DNA of 64,000 nucleotides from a virus. The translations under genes were made by a program, and so were the position numbers. The stretch covers positions 32,001-96,000 of IMG/VR virus record IMGVR_UViG_3300045988_130225; one strand, given 5' to 3'. Shown here in pieces: positions 63,711-64,000 of this stretch (position 1 is its first letter; every line of letters begins with the position of its first letter). The notes under the pieces are model-generated. The model saw only the letters and a program-made list of their open reading frames with translations. It was not told where the DNA came from and did no database searches.

Positions 63711-64000
63711 GTGGAAACTACCCCCTCTATTGATAGAAAGAAACTAGCAGAAGAAAACCACAATCTTATCTATTGGTTTTGTTGGAAAAATCATTTAGAT
63801 ATAGAAGAGTGGTATGATATAATTGCTATTGGATATATGAAAGGTATTAATTCTTATGACGAAACAAAAGGTGTTAAATTAAGCACTTACTTAATTAAAA
63901 TAATGAAAAATGAATATCTGCTAGTATTAAGAAATAAAAAATATGCTAAGTATATTCCAGACGAAGAGATTTTATCTTTGGATTTTGAATATAAATTTGA
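63711..64000 (+). CDS. sigma-70-family sigma factor (N-terminal part, runs off window)
   Basis: Hand translation from GTG 63711: VETTPSIDRKKLAEENHNLIYWFCWKN...DIIAIGYMKGINSYDETKGVKLSTYLIKIMKNEYLLVLRNKK. This matches the region 2 pattern (G..GL.kA...yd...g.kfSTY....I.N.i....R). Confidence 0.55.
   Translation, partial: METTPSIDRKKLAEENHNLIYWFCWKNHLDIEEWYDIIAIGYMKGINSYDETKGVKLSTYLIKIMKNEYLLVLRNKKYAKYIPDEEILSLDFEYKF

Overview
This window is an AT-rich segment of a tailed, siphovirus-type phage genome, probably from a low-GC Firmicute host. No rRNA, CRISPR array, integrase or reverse transcriptase was seen.

Positions 1-41.1 kb form one minus-strand block:
- tail fibres and baseplate, a 1554-aa tape measure protein, and a RuvC-like resolvase;
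- a holin and an XhlA-like lysis gene, an orphan MazF/PemK toxin, and an Ig-domain major tail protein;
- connector genes, major capsid protein, a protease-scaffold fusion, portal and large terminase;
- two HU-like proteins and a YonO/RdRP-like single-subunit RNA polymerase.

Three tnpA-less TnpB (IS200/IS605-type) elements are present. Two of them bracket the portal and terminase genes. One of those carries a group I ribozyme core upstream of tnpB, which makes it IStron-like.

From 41.6 kb the genes switch to the plus strand. Many are small early genes, each with a near-consensus TTGACA-17-TATAAT promoter. In order, this block contains:
- a P-loop kinase and a ThyX-like protein;
- a ~730-nt ORF-free, hairpin-dense RNA unit followed by tRNA-Gln;
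- a frameshifted HNH endonuclease, tRNA-Met and the third TnpB element;
- a frameshifted multi-TRD C5 methyltransferase whose motif I lies at the C-terminus;
- a 3.2-kb ORF-free region (53.1-56.3 kb) with mirrored three-letter-composition arms, perfect palindromes and iteron-like repeats;
- more early genes, including a DUF262 protein and a sigma factor that runs off the window end.

All calls come from reading the sequence and remembered family motifs. No database search was possible.
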